Positions 23,874-36,035 of a DNA stretch of 64,000 nucleotides are shown here, piece by piece; positions within the stretch are counted from its first letter, which is position 1; each line of letters begins with the position of its first letter. The stretch covers positions 3,335,006 through 3,399,005 of the forward strand of contig NC_057752.1 of assembly GCF_004010195.1 (NCBI RefSeq), in the 5' to 3' direction. Origin of the DNA: Chiloscyllium plagiosum. Taxonomy: Eukaryota. The translations under genes and the position numbers were made by a program. The notes beneath the pieces were generated by a model, which worked only from the letters and a program-made list of their open reading frames with translations, did not search any database and was not told where the DNA came from.

Positions 23874-24539
23874 AGGTTGCGTACAAAGCAGGAACGTTTC
23901 CACATTTCTCTGATGAAGAGTTCAACAGAAGAGCAAACAGTGCGCTCCCACAACGTAGCTGAGGAAATGACCTCGGTCTGATTCACTCCCAGAATTCCAC
24001 GTGCCTGACCATTTCCAAATGCTCAGAAGACCCAAAGCATCGCCCAGTGTTCAGTTCCTTCTTCAACCCACTGTTGACCACCCACTGTTTCGAAGCCTTC
24101 ACCACAAAGCCAAGACAGCTCAAGGAAATATTTTCAAATGTAATGCAGATAAATGGCAATAATCCCTTCCTAAATTTATATCCTAAACAAAAAAGGTTTA
24201 TTAATAACGTGAATTTATCTGCATTGATGGCCATGCTGAAGCCCAGTCAGATTAATCTATGAAATACTGTCGCTGCTTCAAAACTCAGCTAATAAATCTT
24301 CCGCTATGATTCTGGCATGCTGAGCGTGTTGTGAACAGAGCACTAAAGCGAGATGGGACATTCTGGAGAGAGATGAAGCCACAAACAGCCTTCAGATATA
24401 AAATATCAGCTGCCCCCAAACGCCTGACAATATATTGACAATTAAGCGCTTATCACCGGTTACTTCTCTAAGAAGTGCCAAAGACAGGGAGAGTTACTGT
24501 GTGACCAAAACTGGCTTGCTTGGTCTCTCAAAAGGCACA

Positions 24540-25535
24540 CTATGCTCATAGTTCCTTGAAAGTGGAGTGGCAGGTAGACAGGTGTTTGGCACACTTGCCT
24601 TTATCAGTCAGTGCATTCAGTATCGGAGCTGGGAGGTCATGTTGCGGCTGTACAGAACATTAGGTAGCACGGTGGCTCAGTGGTTAACACTGCTGCCTCC
24701 CAGCACCAGGGACCCGGGTTCGATTCCAGCCTCAAGTGACTGTCTGTGTGGAGTTTGCACATTCTCCCAGTGTGTGGGTTTCCTCCGGGTGCTCCGGTTT
24801 CCTCCCATAATCCGAAGATGTGCAGGTCAGGTGAATTGGCCATGCTAAATTGCCCGTAGTGCCAGGTGCATTAGTCAGAGGGAGATGGGTCTGGGTGGGT
24901 TACTCTTCGGAGGGTCGGTGTGGACTGGTTGGGTCAAAGGGCCTGTTTCCATACTGTAAGGAATCTAATCTAATTAGTTAGGCCACTTTTGGTATAGTGC
25001 ATGCAGTTCTGGTCTCCCTGCTACAGGAAAGATGTTGTGAAACTTGAAAGGGTTCAGAGAAAATTCACAAGGATGTTGCCAGGGTTGGAGGGTTTGATCT
25101 ATAGGGAGAGGCTGAATAAGCTGGGACTGTTTTCCCTGGAGTGTCGGAGGCTGAGGGGTGATCTTATAGAGGTTTACAAAATTATGAGGGGCAGGGATAC
25201 GGTAAATAGAAAAGTCTTTTCCCCAGAGTAGGGGGGTCCAGAACTAGAGGGCGTAGGTTTAGGGTGAGGGAGGGAAGATTTAAAAGGGACCTAAGGGGCA
25301 ACTTTTTCATGCAGAGGATGGTGTGTGTATGGAATGAGCTGCCAGGGAAAGTGGTGGAGGCTGGTAAAATTACAGCATTTAAGAGGCTTCTGGATGGGTA
25401 TATGAATAGGAAGGGTTTAGAGGAATATGGGCCAAATGCTGGCAAATGGGACTAGATTAGGTTAGGGTATTTAGTCAGCATGGACAAGTTGGACCGAAGG
25501 GTCTTTTTCTGTGCTGTACATCTCTATGACTCTGT
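24540..25535 (+). mobile_element. HER1/CR1 LINE 3' fragment interrupted by a SINE
   Basis: SWEVMLRLYRTL before 24663, then ORFs 25001-25231 and 25264-25455. Confidence 0.92.
24663..24973 (+). mobile_element. HE1-type SINE, full length, nested in a CR1
   Basis: ggtggctcagtgg A box, ggttcgattcc B box, tail aatctaatctaa. A short attag duplication flanks it. Confidence 0.93.
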
Positions 25536-25889
25536 CTAAGGGATCAGACAGGGATAAGAGTTAAGTTTGAACAAGATTTCTCAAGGTGCACAGAAAACTG
25601 GGTGAAAGTTACAGAGTAAAGGTTGGAGGTAGGGTGGGGAAGATGAAATAACATCTCAAAAATCATTCAAAGACAACAGTTGATGAAGTGAAGCTTTGCT
25701 CAAGCACATAGTGAGAACGAAAGGAAACCGGACACCTGGGTGAATGGGATCGTTGCAGGTTTGGAGATGGAGGAAGGCTCAGTTCATATATTGCCACCAA
25801 AACACTGAGGAACATGAGGAGGCCATTCAGCCCCTCAAGCCTGTTCCACCCTTCAATAAGTGGGAGGTCATGAGGTAGTGGTATCATCA

Positions 25890-26425
25890 CTGGGAAAAGA
25901 CTTTGGCTATTCACCCTATCCATGCCCCTCATGATTCTATAAGCCCCTGTAAGGTCACCCCTCAGCCTCCGATGCTCCAGGGAAAAAACACACCCTTTAG
26001 TTCCAACCCTTCAACCCTGGCAACATCCTTGTAAATCTTTTCTGAACCCTTTCAACTTTCCGATAGGAAGACGACCAGAATTGCACACGATATTCCAATG
26101 TCCTGTACAACCACAACATGACCTCCCAACTCCTGTACTCAATGCACTGACCAATAAAGGCAAGGGTACCAAACACCTTCTTCACTACCCTGTCTATTTG
26201 ATGCTCCGTTTTCAAGGAGCTATGAACCTGCACTGTCTTTGTTCAGCAACACTCCCCAGGACCTTAAGTGTATAAGTCCTGCCCTGATTTGCCTTTCCAA
26301 AATGCAGCACCTCATATTTATCTAAATTGAATTCCATCTGCCACTCCTCAGCCCATTGGCCCATCTGGTCAAGATCCCGTTGTAATCTGAGGTAACCTTC
26401 TTCGCTGTCCACCACACCTTTAATA
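25890..26425 (-). mobile_element. HER1/CR1 LINE internal fragment
   Basis: VDSEEGYLRLQRDLDQMGQWAEEWQMEFNLDK..VLHFGKANQGRTY (ORF 26212-26526) and ORF 25997-26233. Confidence 0.92.
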
Positions 26426-27421
26426 GTGCTGTCACCTACACATGGGACAGCGTATTCACAGACCTGCAGGAAGAAAGAGCTTCCATTTCCAGAGCACCTT
26501 CCATGATCTCCCTGAGCAATGGCCACCCTTGGTGGCTCTCCAGGTGAAATGAATCAAAAGCCGAGTGATTGAGGAGGTTTGCTCTGGCTGCCATCTTGAT
26601 GTATTATTCTGTTGATGATGTGGACTCGCAACGGTTATGGTATTCCCCCGCCCCCCCCCCCCCAGTGGAAAAACAAAATAAACCTTGAGGTAAATGTCAC
26701 GACAATACATTTACTTAATGAATGTTGTTATGCATGTAGTCAGACTGTAACAGGTATGAATCATTCAGTGGAGTCATTTGTAACAATAATTATTAAAAAA
26801 GCAGCTGTATTTTATGGAAATTCAGCATTGGACGTTCATAAATTGTTAAACACGATTACAGCAGGCTATGGGTAGCAATATATCTGAATCAGTGGCTTTG
26901 GCATTTATTTTAATTACTACAGGAATTTCTATCCATCAGGTTGAAGCTAAAGGCATAATTCTAACCTCTCTCATTGCAAAAGAAGCTCAAATGATATTGA
27001 AGTGCAAGGACTCAACCACGTGTGAAGTAGAAAATGGACTGAGATGATTCAGTGCATGAGCATGAGTGCAGAGCATGAAGCATATTGAATATTGCAACTC
27101 GGCTCAAAGCAAAATGACACATTGAACATGAAACAGTGTGGAGTTTCATTAAACCCTGCAGATCCTCCTGTTCAGATCAAACAGCTACCAAGTGCTGGGG
27201 TTGACTGGTACAGGCTCAGGTTGTGACAAGGATTTGAGTGGACGTGACACCGCACAGTCGAAGCAATTTGATTGCAATTTTCAAGACTTTGAGGAACAGG
27301 CAGCAAGAAACTGTTTCCACTAATTGTGGAGGCTTGGACTGGGTGTGTAGCCGAAACATTAGTGCCAACCTTGTGGGTGTGAAATTAAGAAACATTGTTT
27401 GCACAAAGGAGGTGTAGAGAT

Positions 27422-27816
27422 TGTAACGAGGTCAGTCAGGTGGCCCTCATATAATCTGAGTTCCCTGGTTGGGGCTGTTAATCTGGTCCAATCAGGGAGC
27501 CCTGGCTGACAGACAGAAACAGGAGGGTATAATCCCTGCCCTCCCCTTCACTGTGTGATCACACAGCACTGCCCTTTGATGTGAAGGGCACTGTTTGTCA
27601 CTGGCCACGCGGGTGTTTCCTTTCTCCCTGGTGGTGGGAATTGAATAAAGATTTGTACACCTTGTGTCTTTCAGTGTCTTACACCTGTAAACACACAACA
27701 TGGGTACAGGGGGAGGGGGGGGGGGTAAAAACAAAGCAAAAAAACAGGAGAGTCTGAGGTTCCATTCACTCTGAAAGCTGCCTCTGAGGGAGCTTGATCA
27801 GTGTCTAGGACTCTCC
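27422..27816 (+). mobile_element. Solo-LTR-like repeat (tgtaac start) split by a Tx1-like insertion
   Basis: 27422-27528 matches 58790-58888 (ttccctg..ctggtccaatcagggagccc..gctgacaga.agaaacaggagggt). 27754-27816 matches the 3' half at 59813 onward. Confidence 0.7.
27529..27741 (+). mobile_element. Tx1-like (L1-clade) 3'-UTR, 5'-truncated and A-tailed
   Basis: Homologous to 59180-59375 (cccttcactg..gatcacacagcactgccctttgatgtgaagggca..gaataaagat). Flanked by aaacaggagggt (27517-27528) and aaacaggagagt (27742-27753). Confidence 0.82.
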
Positions 27817-27894
27817 TTTTTTAAATTAATTAATTAATAAAAAGAAACAGGAGGGTGAGAGGCTCTGTTCACTGACAGCTGGCTCTGAGGGAGC

Positions 27895-28320
27895 CCCTTA
27901 TCCAAAGACTGTGACCTCTCATCCTCGAATGCCCCCCAAGAGGCAGCATCCACTCCATGTCTATTTTATCCACACCTTTTATCATCTTGAATACCTCAAT
28001 CTGATCTCCCCTCATTCTTCTAAATTCCAGAGACGACAGGCCTAAACTGTCCAATCTCTCTTCATACAAAACCCCTCATTCTCTGGGATCAATCTCATGA
28101 GCCTCCTCAGAACTGCCTCCAATGCCCCTATATCTTTCCTCATATAAAGTGACCAAAACCGTGCAACATACTCCAGATGTGGTCTCACCAATGCCTTGTA
28201 TAGTCACAATACCTCCTTACCATTATATTCTACTCCTTTAGCTATAAAAGCCAACATTCCATTCACTTTCTTTATTATCTGCTGTACCTGCATGCTAGTT
28301 TTCTGTGACTCATGAACATG
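27895..28320 (-). mobile_element. CR1 LINE fragment (older subfamily)
   Basis: ORF 27869-28069 YEERLDSLGLSSLEFRRMRGDQIEVFKMIKG..RMRGHSLWIRG. Confidence 0.88.
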
Positions 28321-29087
28321 TTATAACGCAGGAAACATGGTGGCTCATTAGCACAAAGTAAACTTCCACAAATGTCTGTTTGATCAGATAACGTAGTATG
28401 TAGCAACCTTTGTTTTAACTATCACCTTACGAACTGACACTCTCAATCAACCGGCAAGAAGTATATGTACCTCAAATATTATGAGGGTTCCTGTATTGTT
28501 CTGTCCAATTATTCCAGTTTTCATCTATTTACCTCAAATTTGTTGTTCAATCGAATGGCTGCATGAAATATCAACAGTTGATTCAGTTTCTCCTCCAATA
28601 CCTCGATGTAGTCAGTTGAGGGTGTGAGTGAGAAGGCTCTCTCCCAGTAAGTTTGATTTAAGGCAATGTTGCATTATTACTTAAGTGATTTATGCTGTAA
28701 ATAAAGAATACCTGTAATGTGTTTACCTTCTGAATTATATTTCTCTTACTTAGTGTGTGTTTTTACATTGATTAGGTGGACCTCTCGATTATCCGGAATA
28801 TTTGATTAACCAGCTCACTTTGGGTCCCATAGGTTAATCAAAGGTTTACTGAGGGGTACATTTTAACAGAGATAAACCGTCTTTCGAATAGTGCCTTAGG
28901 GTCTTTCATTTCCATCTCAGCTGATAGGCAGGGTCTCGGTTTAACTTTTCATCGGAGACACGGCACCTCTTTCAACACTTCTTCAAATGCGTTTGAAAGA
29001 TCGCTCCTTCAACGGGGAGATTTTTCTTTGTAAGTGCTGAAGCCGTGGAGCAGAACTTGAATGTCAAACCGTGCTGTCAGTCATTGG

Positions 29088-29232
29088 GGAGCAGGTGACT
29101 CGACGTTTCGGGCAATAGCCCTTCATTCCTGATTCTCCTGCTCCTCGGATGCTGCCTGACCTGCTGTGCGTTTCCAGCACCACTCTAATGTAGACTCTGA
29201 TCTCCAGCATCTGCAGTCCCCACTTTTGCCTA
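29088..29232. mobile_element. Short Penelope-derived repeat with an inverted partial 5' piece
   Basis: ggagcagg..cgacgtttcgggcaatagcccttcat (minus-strand hammerhead core) fused to attctcctgctcctcggatgctgcctgacc..ccagcatctgcagtcc (plus strand). Confidence 0.75.
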
Positions 29233-30549
29233 GTGGGGAGTAGGTACCAACTGAGCTTGGGTGGACAGTGCCCACAATTGGGTAAGCTTCTGTGGATCTC
29301 TACTCTCGAGCAGAGTCCACGGGGTGGGAGGAAGGGACAGCAAGGTGTAAAAAGACAGCACGTTTCCAACTCAAAAGTAGGAGTTTGAAAGCGGCTGCTT
29401 TTCCACCGCAGTTACTGTCTCCTAAACGTTTCTCACTGTTGGCACCGAAGGTGGCTCATCTGTTCCCATCTCGTCAGACAAATCAGTCTGACAGCAGCAG
29501 AGCTGCAACTCGAAGCTACTGCACTGCTGAGTTGAAGCGAAGGAAGGCACTATCGTTATCATGGGAGAGCGAGGGATTTACATCAGCATCAAATGTAACA
29601 AATTCAATGTGCACATCCAGCGTTAAGATAGCTGCGAGCTCCTGTCACCCATTAGCAACCATTGATGCAGATAGATCGGCTGATGGGACACGTTTGATGT
29701 TTTGACTTGCTGTGCATTGATAAGGATTTCTAATTACCTGAGATGCAAGCTATCAGTACAGGAGTACGACACATTGCACTGTCCCCATACCAAAGCACAA
29801 ATTAAAATCTTCAAAGGTTCACACTCTCTCCTGCTTGGAAAACACATAACCAGGCCTGAGACAAAACTGTCATAGTGGTCTGGATATGAAACGCATTGCA
29901 GTGAAGGTTTTAGATTCTTTCCAATATATTCTGAGGGTGTGTGCCTAACTGGTGAAGCTGGTATTGTGTGGCCATTACTTGTCACCCTCAACGCAACCGA
30001 GTGACCACTTCAGAGTGGAAGCCCAGACCGGGTAAGAACAGAGAGCTACTGCCACAAAAGGACTGCAGCAAATTATTTGCACTATTGAAACCAATTCAAC
30101 AGTCCGTGGGACACTGTCCCTGACAAGAAACTGTGCTCATCTAAATTCGCAACCTGCCATCATTTGCTCTCTGCATTAATATCCTGAGGATGGTTAGCTT
30201 AATAGTTCAACCGCTCAACTACTCTCCCCAGAGAACAATGTCACTGAGTCACCACACCTATCTGGGAATGTGGCCGCACAGCAAGATCCCAAAAACAGCA
30301 ACATTACATTGACCCGGTCGTCAGGTAAAACGATGCCCAGTTAAGAAGTAAACATTTTCAAGATTGCTGGGGCAGGGGAGCTGGGAGTGGAATCTGCCTT
30401 CAGGTAACATCATGGGGTCCTTTCTGACAGGGTCGATTTCAATTTCACTTCGAATATTCAGTTCTGTCCTTTCAGAAGGATGTCAAGGTCCCTGATTTTC
30501 CTGAATGAAGGAATTTAAGCTTCGATGGGAGGAACTGGAAATGTGCTCC

Positions 30550-30845
30550 CTGGAGTCAAAGCTGATTGAGAGGAGTGTTGATAGCAGTGTATAAGATTAC
30601 AACAGGCTTAGACAGGGTAGATGAAGACACAGAGGGGTATGGAATGAGCTGCCAGAGGAAGTGGTGGAGGCTGGTACAATTGCAACATTTAAGAGGCATT
30701 TGGATGGGTATATGAATAGGAAGGGTTTGGAGGGGTATGGGCCGGGTGCTGTCAGGTGGGACAAGATTGGGTTGGGATATCTGGTCGGCATGGACGGGTT
30801 GGACTGAAGGGTCTGTTTCCATGCTGTATATCTCCATGACTCTAT
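30550..30845 (+). mobile_element. CR1/HER1 3' fragment(s)
   Basis: tggaatgagctgccagaggaagtggtggaggctgg through to the family tail. Confidence 0.88.
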
Positions 30846-32339
30846 TAGCTGATGGAACAACAGCAATGGGGGAACCACATCTTTAGGGTGTTATGAAAGA
30901 GGTTAATTGTGAGGAAGGACCTCACAAATAGTCATGACCTCTATCTCAGTGCCTGCAAGGGAGGTGGAATGGGAGGCAGGGAATAATTTCAAGAGGAAAC
31001 TGGTGCTGGAGGTAACTAAACTCACCACGTCGAATGACTCCTTTCCCACTCCTGCCCCACTATTGGCCACTCTTATGAATACCGACCTCCAGCCAGCTCG
31101 CAGTCACTACCTATCGAAATGGAATTGAGATTGGCCAACTCACTTCACAGTCAGCAGAGGAGCCACTGAGCTGTGTGAGATGGGAGAGTGGTGTGAGAGA
31201 TGAAAAAGCAAAGTGCGAGGCCAATAGCACCACTCGGTAACATCACGTACTGTGGTAAACAGAATCTTCCTCGTCATCTGCAAATCCATAAATTCTCCCA
31301 AATAAAGAAAGAGCTGTTAAACTTCATTCCACTCAGTGTGACCTCAGCTATGTCAACAATGACCATGCATAATTGCTGCTCAATTCATTGAAAATTCATT
31401 CAACTTATTAAATAATGATAACAATAAGTAAAAATGCTTAAGGTTAACTGCTCGCACTTTCAGACTTGACAGGATGATGGATGAGACTCAAGGGCTTTAT
31501 AGAGACGATACCTCATCTCATTATACCCTGGAGTTTGTTAAAATCCCGCCACATGACTCAATTCATCAGTCTCGACTTGACCTTGTTCATTTGCAACTGT
31601 ATCCTTCTAGATGCTTCCTGTCAAGACCAGAGAATCAGAAGCCTTATCAAATTGATCTCACTTTTTTTTAAATATCCACGAAATACTGGCAGCAGGGCTA
31701 CTACTGATGGAGAGAAATCTGCTTGTTATTTAATTGAAATGCTAAGGTTGTTGACACTTCTGTGCTGACATCTCATCAAAAATAAACCTCCCTGTCACTT
31801 GCAACCACTCACTAAGAGACGCGCAGGCCCATTCAAGCTTGAACCACTATTCTTAATGCATGCGGACACAGACCTAACTTCTGTTCAATAGCACTCACTT
31901 GACGCCTGGAATTTCTTGATTTAAACGTTAAGACATAAATGCCAAAGACGCAGAAAACAATGACCTCTTGGTATCAGGCTGCATTAGATGTGAACTCGGG
32001 TCAGAGGTGAAAGGGCGAGCCTGTTTGTTGGAATGTGTTTCTGGGAATCGCCTTCCAATATTCTGTCTTTAAATCTTCATGTGACCTGAAGCCAGGTGGA
32101 GCAGCAGATGCCCCCCAGTGCAATTGCCAACGCTGCAGTCTGACAGAGGAACCTTTGCACCGGGGAGTGGCAGACAATGATCATTGTGTAAAAGAAAATG
32201 GAGTGGGGGGTGAGGATTGAGTGTGAACTGATGGATCGTGGAGGGAGAAGGAAGACTGACGTTAAACAGCAATTCAGATGGGACAGCCACTCCCATGGAG
32301 TCAATGCCAATGGTGAACAGGTAGAGCCTGATGCCAGTA

Positions 32340-32650
32340 GGGTGGCACGGTGGCACAGTGGTTAGCACTGTTACCTCAGAGCGCCAGGGACCTGGGTTCA
32401 ATTCCAGCCTTGGGCGACTGTCTGTGTGGGGTTTGCATGTTCTCCCCGTGTCTGTGTGGGTTTGCTCCAGTTTCCTCCCACAGTTCAAAGATGTGCAGGT
32501 TAGGGTGGATTGGCTGTGCTAAATTGCCCAAAGTGTCCATGTTAAATGGATTGGCCGTGGTAGGTATAGGGATGGGGTGGGATGCTCTTCAGAGGGTCGG
32601 CATGGACTCAATGGGCTGAATGGCCTGCTTCCGCACTGTAGGCGTTCTAA
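32340..32650 (+). mobile_element. HE1-type SINE
   Basis: ggtggcacagtgg A box, ggttcaattcc B box, body and tail. Confidence 0.9.
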
Positions 32651-32901
32651 AATGGAAAGTAAATTCTCCATGCTTGTAGACATCATCTTCATGCCTTAGC
32701 ATGGCTGTCTGAAGGCAGAGCAGGAAGGGGTGACCATGGGACAGGAACGTGCTTCTGATCTTCCTTATTATGATCAGTAGAGAGACAAATAATCTTTCAA
32801 AAGATATTAAAATTCTCAGTGGCCATCAGGAAAGATCTAAGATGACTGAATTTCAGGTCTTAAGACCCCCCCTACTCTAACAAACAAACATTGGCTTCAC
32901 G

Positions 32902-33049
32902 CAGAAATGGCTGGAAAAACTCAGCAGGTCTGGCAGCACCTGTGGAGAGAAATCAGAGCTAACCCTTAAGGTCACTTGAGCCGAATCGTTCAGTCTGATT
33001 TCTCTCCACAGATGCTGCCAGACCTGCTGAGCTTTTCCAGCCATTTCTG
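32902..33049. repeat. Palindromic Penelope-derived repeat: 56-bp arms and a 36-nt loop
   Basis: 32902-32957 and 32994-33049 are reverse complements with two mismatches. Confidence 0.85.
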
Positions 33050-33402
33050 TTTTCATTTGTGATTTTCAGCAGTTCTTTCAGTTTTTATTGTCTTAACACC
33101 ATTCGGTAGACAACTGATAACTCGAAACTACAGAAAACAAATCCGACATTTAACAACAAAGTCCCTCTTCACTGTTATACCTTACTCTCTCCCTTAAATG
33201 GACACTGGTTGTCCAGAAAGCAGCCTGAAGTTGTTCCCAGTTTACAGACTGTTTCCTGTTCAAGCTGGCAAACTTTCTTCTTGACGCGGGAGGGCTACTT
33301 TGAAGATTCCATCAGTCCGAAATGAGCCCAAGCTCACCAAATCCGAATGTACGGTCCCACCTGCGTTCTGTGTGGCCAATAATACAGGTACGAACTGAAA
33401 AT

Positions 33403-33475
33403 GTGTTGCTGGAAAAGCGCAGCAGGTCATCCAAGGAGCAGGAGAATCGACCTTTCGGGCATGAGCCCTTCTTCC
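33403..33475 (-). mobile_element. Short Penelope-derived repeat
   Basis: gtgttgctggaaaagcgcagcaggtc..ggagcaggagaatcgacctttcgggcatgagcccttc. Confidence 0.7.
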
Positions 33476-33494
33476 ACTTTCTCCCAACAATACA

Positions 33495-34625
33495 GGTAGA
33501 CAGGCAGGAGGCTGGAAGAACACAGCAAGCCAGGCAGCATCAGGAGGTGGAGAAGACAACATTTCGGGTGTCAGCCTTCTTCAGGAGTGGGCCTGAGGGT
33601 GAGGGGAGCTGCAGATAAAGAGGGGGCTGTGGAGGAGGGTTTGGGTGGACTGAGGAACAGAGTGGTGAGGTCAGGATAGGTGAAGACAGGTAGAGGGTAT
33701 GCCCTGATTGGTCAATGGGAGGAATGAGTCCGGTTGGTAGCTGGAAGGAAGGGTCGGTCAGAGGACTGGAAGGGAGGGGGAGGGGCTGGGAACGGAGTCA
33801 GGGGGATGGGGAGGGAGGTTATTTGAAATTGAGGAACTCAATGTTGAGTCCTCCAGGCTGTAGGCTGCCCAGGCGGAAGATGAGGTGTTGTTCCTCCAAT
33901 TTGTGGTTTGGTTTGTTGTGGCAATGGAGGAGGCCAAGGATGGTCATGTCCGAAAGGGAGTGGGGAGGAGAATTAAAATGGGTGGTGACTGGAAGGTCCG
34001 GTCGGCCCCTGTGGGCCTGGTTTAGATGCTCAGTGAACCGTTCCCTAAGTTTACGTTTGGTCTCCCCGATGTGGTCTTCTCTACATTGGGGAGCACCTGA
34101 TGCAGTAAACTAGGTTGGAAGAGAGGCAGGTGAACCTCTGTGTCACCTGCAAGGACTGTTTGGGGCCCGTATGGAGTTGAGGGGGGTGGTGTACCAGCAG
34201 GTTTTGCATTGTTTCCGGTTGCAGGAAAGGTACCAAAGGGTTTGGGGGGTGTTGGTGTGGAGAGTGGCGCAAACCAAGGATTGTCTAAGGGAACGATCCT
34301 TGCAGAAGGCAGATGGGGGTGAGGAGGGGAAAATATTCTTGGTGGTGGGGTCTAGTTGGAGTTGGTGGAAGTGTTCAGGGATGATGCGTTGGATGCGGAG
34401 ACTGGTGGGGTTGTAGGTGAGGACAAGGGGACTCTGTCTTTATTGCATTTAAAGTGGAATAACAGAGGGCTGTCTGGATGACAGAGGGAGGAAAAGTGTG
34501 TTGTTTGAAATAGGTGGACATCTGGGATGCTTGGGAGTGGAATGTCTCCTCGTCCGAGCAGAAACGGCGGAGGCGGAAGAATTGGGAGAACGGGATGGTG
34601 TTCTTGCAGGATGTTGGGTGGGAAG
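33495..34625 (-). mobile_element. Penelope-like element, decayed RT C-terminus, GIY-YIG endonuclease and 3' repeat
   Basis: SHPTSCKNTIPFSQFFRLRRFCSDEETF (RT thumb region), then QRFTCLSSNLVYCIRC..IGETKRKLRERFTEH (GIY-YIG). Frameshifted. Confidence 0.9.
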
Positions 34626-35271
34626 CAGTTTTTTTCTCTCTAACTAAGCAACGGAGATAAGTTGCCTCTGCTCTCACTCTGTCTCTCCCAGATTACTGCT
34701 GACTGACATGTCTGTGTGGCTCAGAGATGTCTTAAGAAAACACCCTGATACGGCAATGACATGTGATGGACTTTTCCCCTCTTACAGCCCATCTTCACGG
34801 CAACATGCATCACATGGCCTTATATATCCAGGTGGAATGCTAACTTGCTACCCTCAGAGCTAAACGGCCTTGGAATTAAATAGACACTTTAATGGATAAC
34901 CGCTCACAAATCCCAATATTCCGAACACTCTCCGAGGACTTGGGGATTAAGGGTCTGAACCCTGTCAACACAGCTGCCTTGGTCATCATTTACCAGCGTG
35001 AATAGCTCTCACTTTCTTCCAACCAGGGACCTGCTCTCATCTTTAACAATCAGGCTTGTAGTCATGCAGAATTCCAAATAAGCTACCACAACCCCTTCCA
35101 TTCCTCCACACCATCCCACTGGGACATTCGCAAAACATAACGACCTTGGAAACTTGATATTCACAACGCCTGGGTGTGAGGTAACGTGAGCCAGGCGTTC
35201 TGGCAGAATGGGCCACTGCCTTGCTTCTGGATTGAATCCCACTGCAACACTTAATGGCTGAGGATGGTGAG

Positions 35272-36035
35272 GGAATTGAATTAAATTTATTGTCACGTGT
35301 ACCGAGACACAGTGAAAAGCTTTTTCTTGCGAGCAATACAGGCAGGTCACAGAGTTAAGTAGAATAGATAAGTAAATAATAGGTAAACAGCGGCAAAAAC
35401 AAAACACAGGTACAGGTGAACGTTAAGAGTTTGTGAGTCCATTCAGTATTCTAACAACAGTAGGGTAGAAACTGTTTCGAAACCGGCTGGTGCGTGTGTT
35501 CAGGCTTCTGTACCTTCTCCCCGATGGTAGAGGTTGTAGAAAAACATTGCCAGGGTGGGATGGATCTTTAAGAATGCTGGCGGCCTTTCCTTGACAGCGG
35601 GCCTGGTAGATGGATTCTATAGATGGGAGATTGGCCTTTGTGATTGTCTGGGCCGAGTTCACCACTCTCTGTAACCGTCTCTGATCTTGAATGGTACAGT
35701 TGCCATACCAGGTAGTGATACATCCAGACAGAATGCTCTCGATGGCACACCTATAAAAGTTGGCAAGGGTATTCGCCGTCATGCCAAATTTCCTCAGCTG
35801 CCTGAGGAAGAAGAGACGTTGTTGGGCCTTTGTAACCAGTGCGCCCCCATGAAGTGTCCAAGAAAGCTTGTTGTGGATGACCCACTCCCAGGAGCTTGAC
35901 ACTCCCCACTGGTTCCACTCTGTGCTGTTAATGTGTGGGGGGGAAGGGGGGGCATGAGTAACATCCTGCCGAAAGTCAATAATGAGTTCCTTGGTTTTGC
36001 CGGCATTGAGAGCTGGGTTGTTCTCAGTGCACCAT
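35272..36035 (-). mobile_element. Rex1/Babar-type LINE 3' fragment
   Basis: ORF 35423-36055: WCTENN..KTKELIIDFR..KAQQRLFFLRQLRKFG..FYRCAIESILSGCITTWYGN..DPSHPG..LPSGRRYRS..RFRNSFYP. Short-repeat tail at ~35275. Confidence 0.88.

Noticed and set aside
24663..24735. tRNA gene (A and B boxes)
   Set aside because: This is the tRNA-derived head of an HE1 SINE, continuous with the SINE body and LINE-like tail. No complete cloverleaf or terminator.
28774..28850. Tiny Tigger-like MITE (ggacctctcgattatcc..ggttaatcaaaggtttactg)
   Set aside because: The inverted repeat is too degenerate and has no TA duplication, so it cannot be supported.
29738..29855. Minus-strand exon (ttttgtctcag acceptor, cag|gtaatt donor)
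   Set aside because: Plausible signals, but an unrecognisable peptide and no supporting neighbours. Expected by chance in 64 kb.
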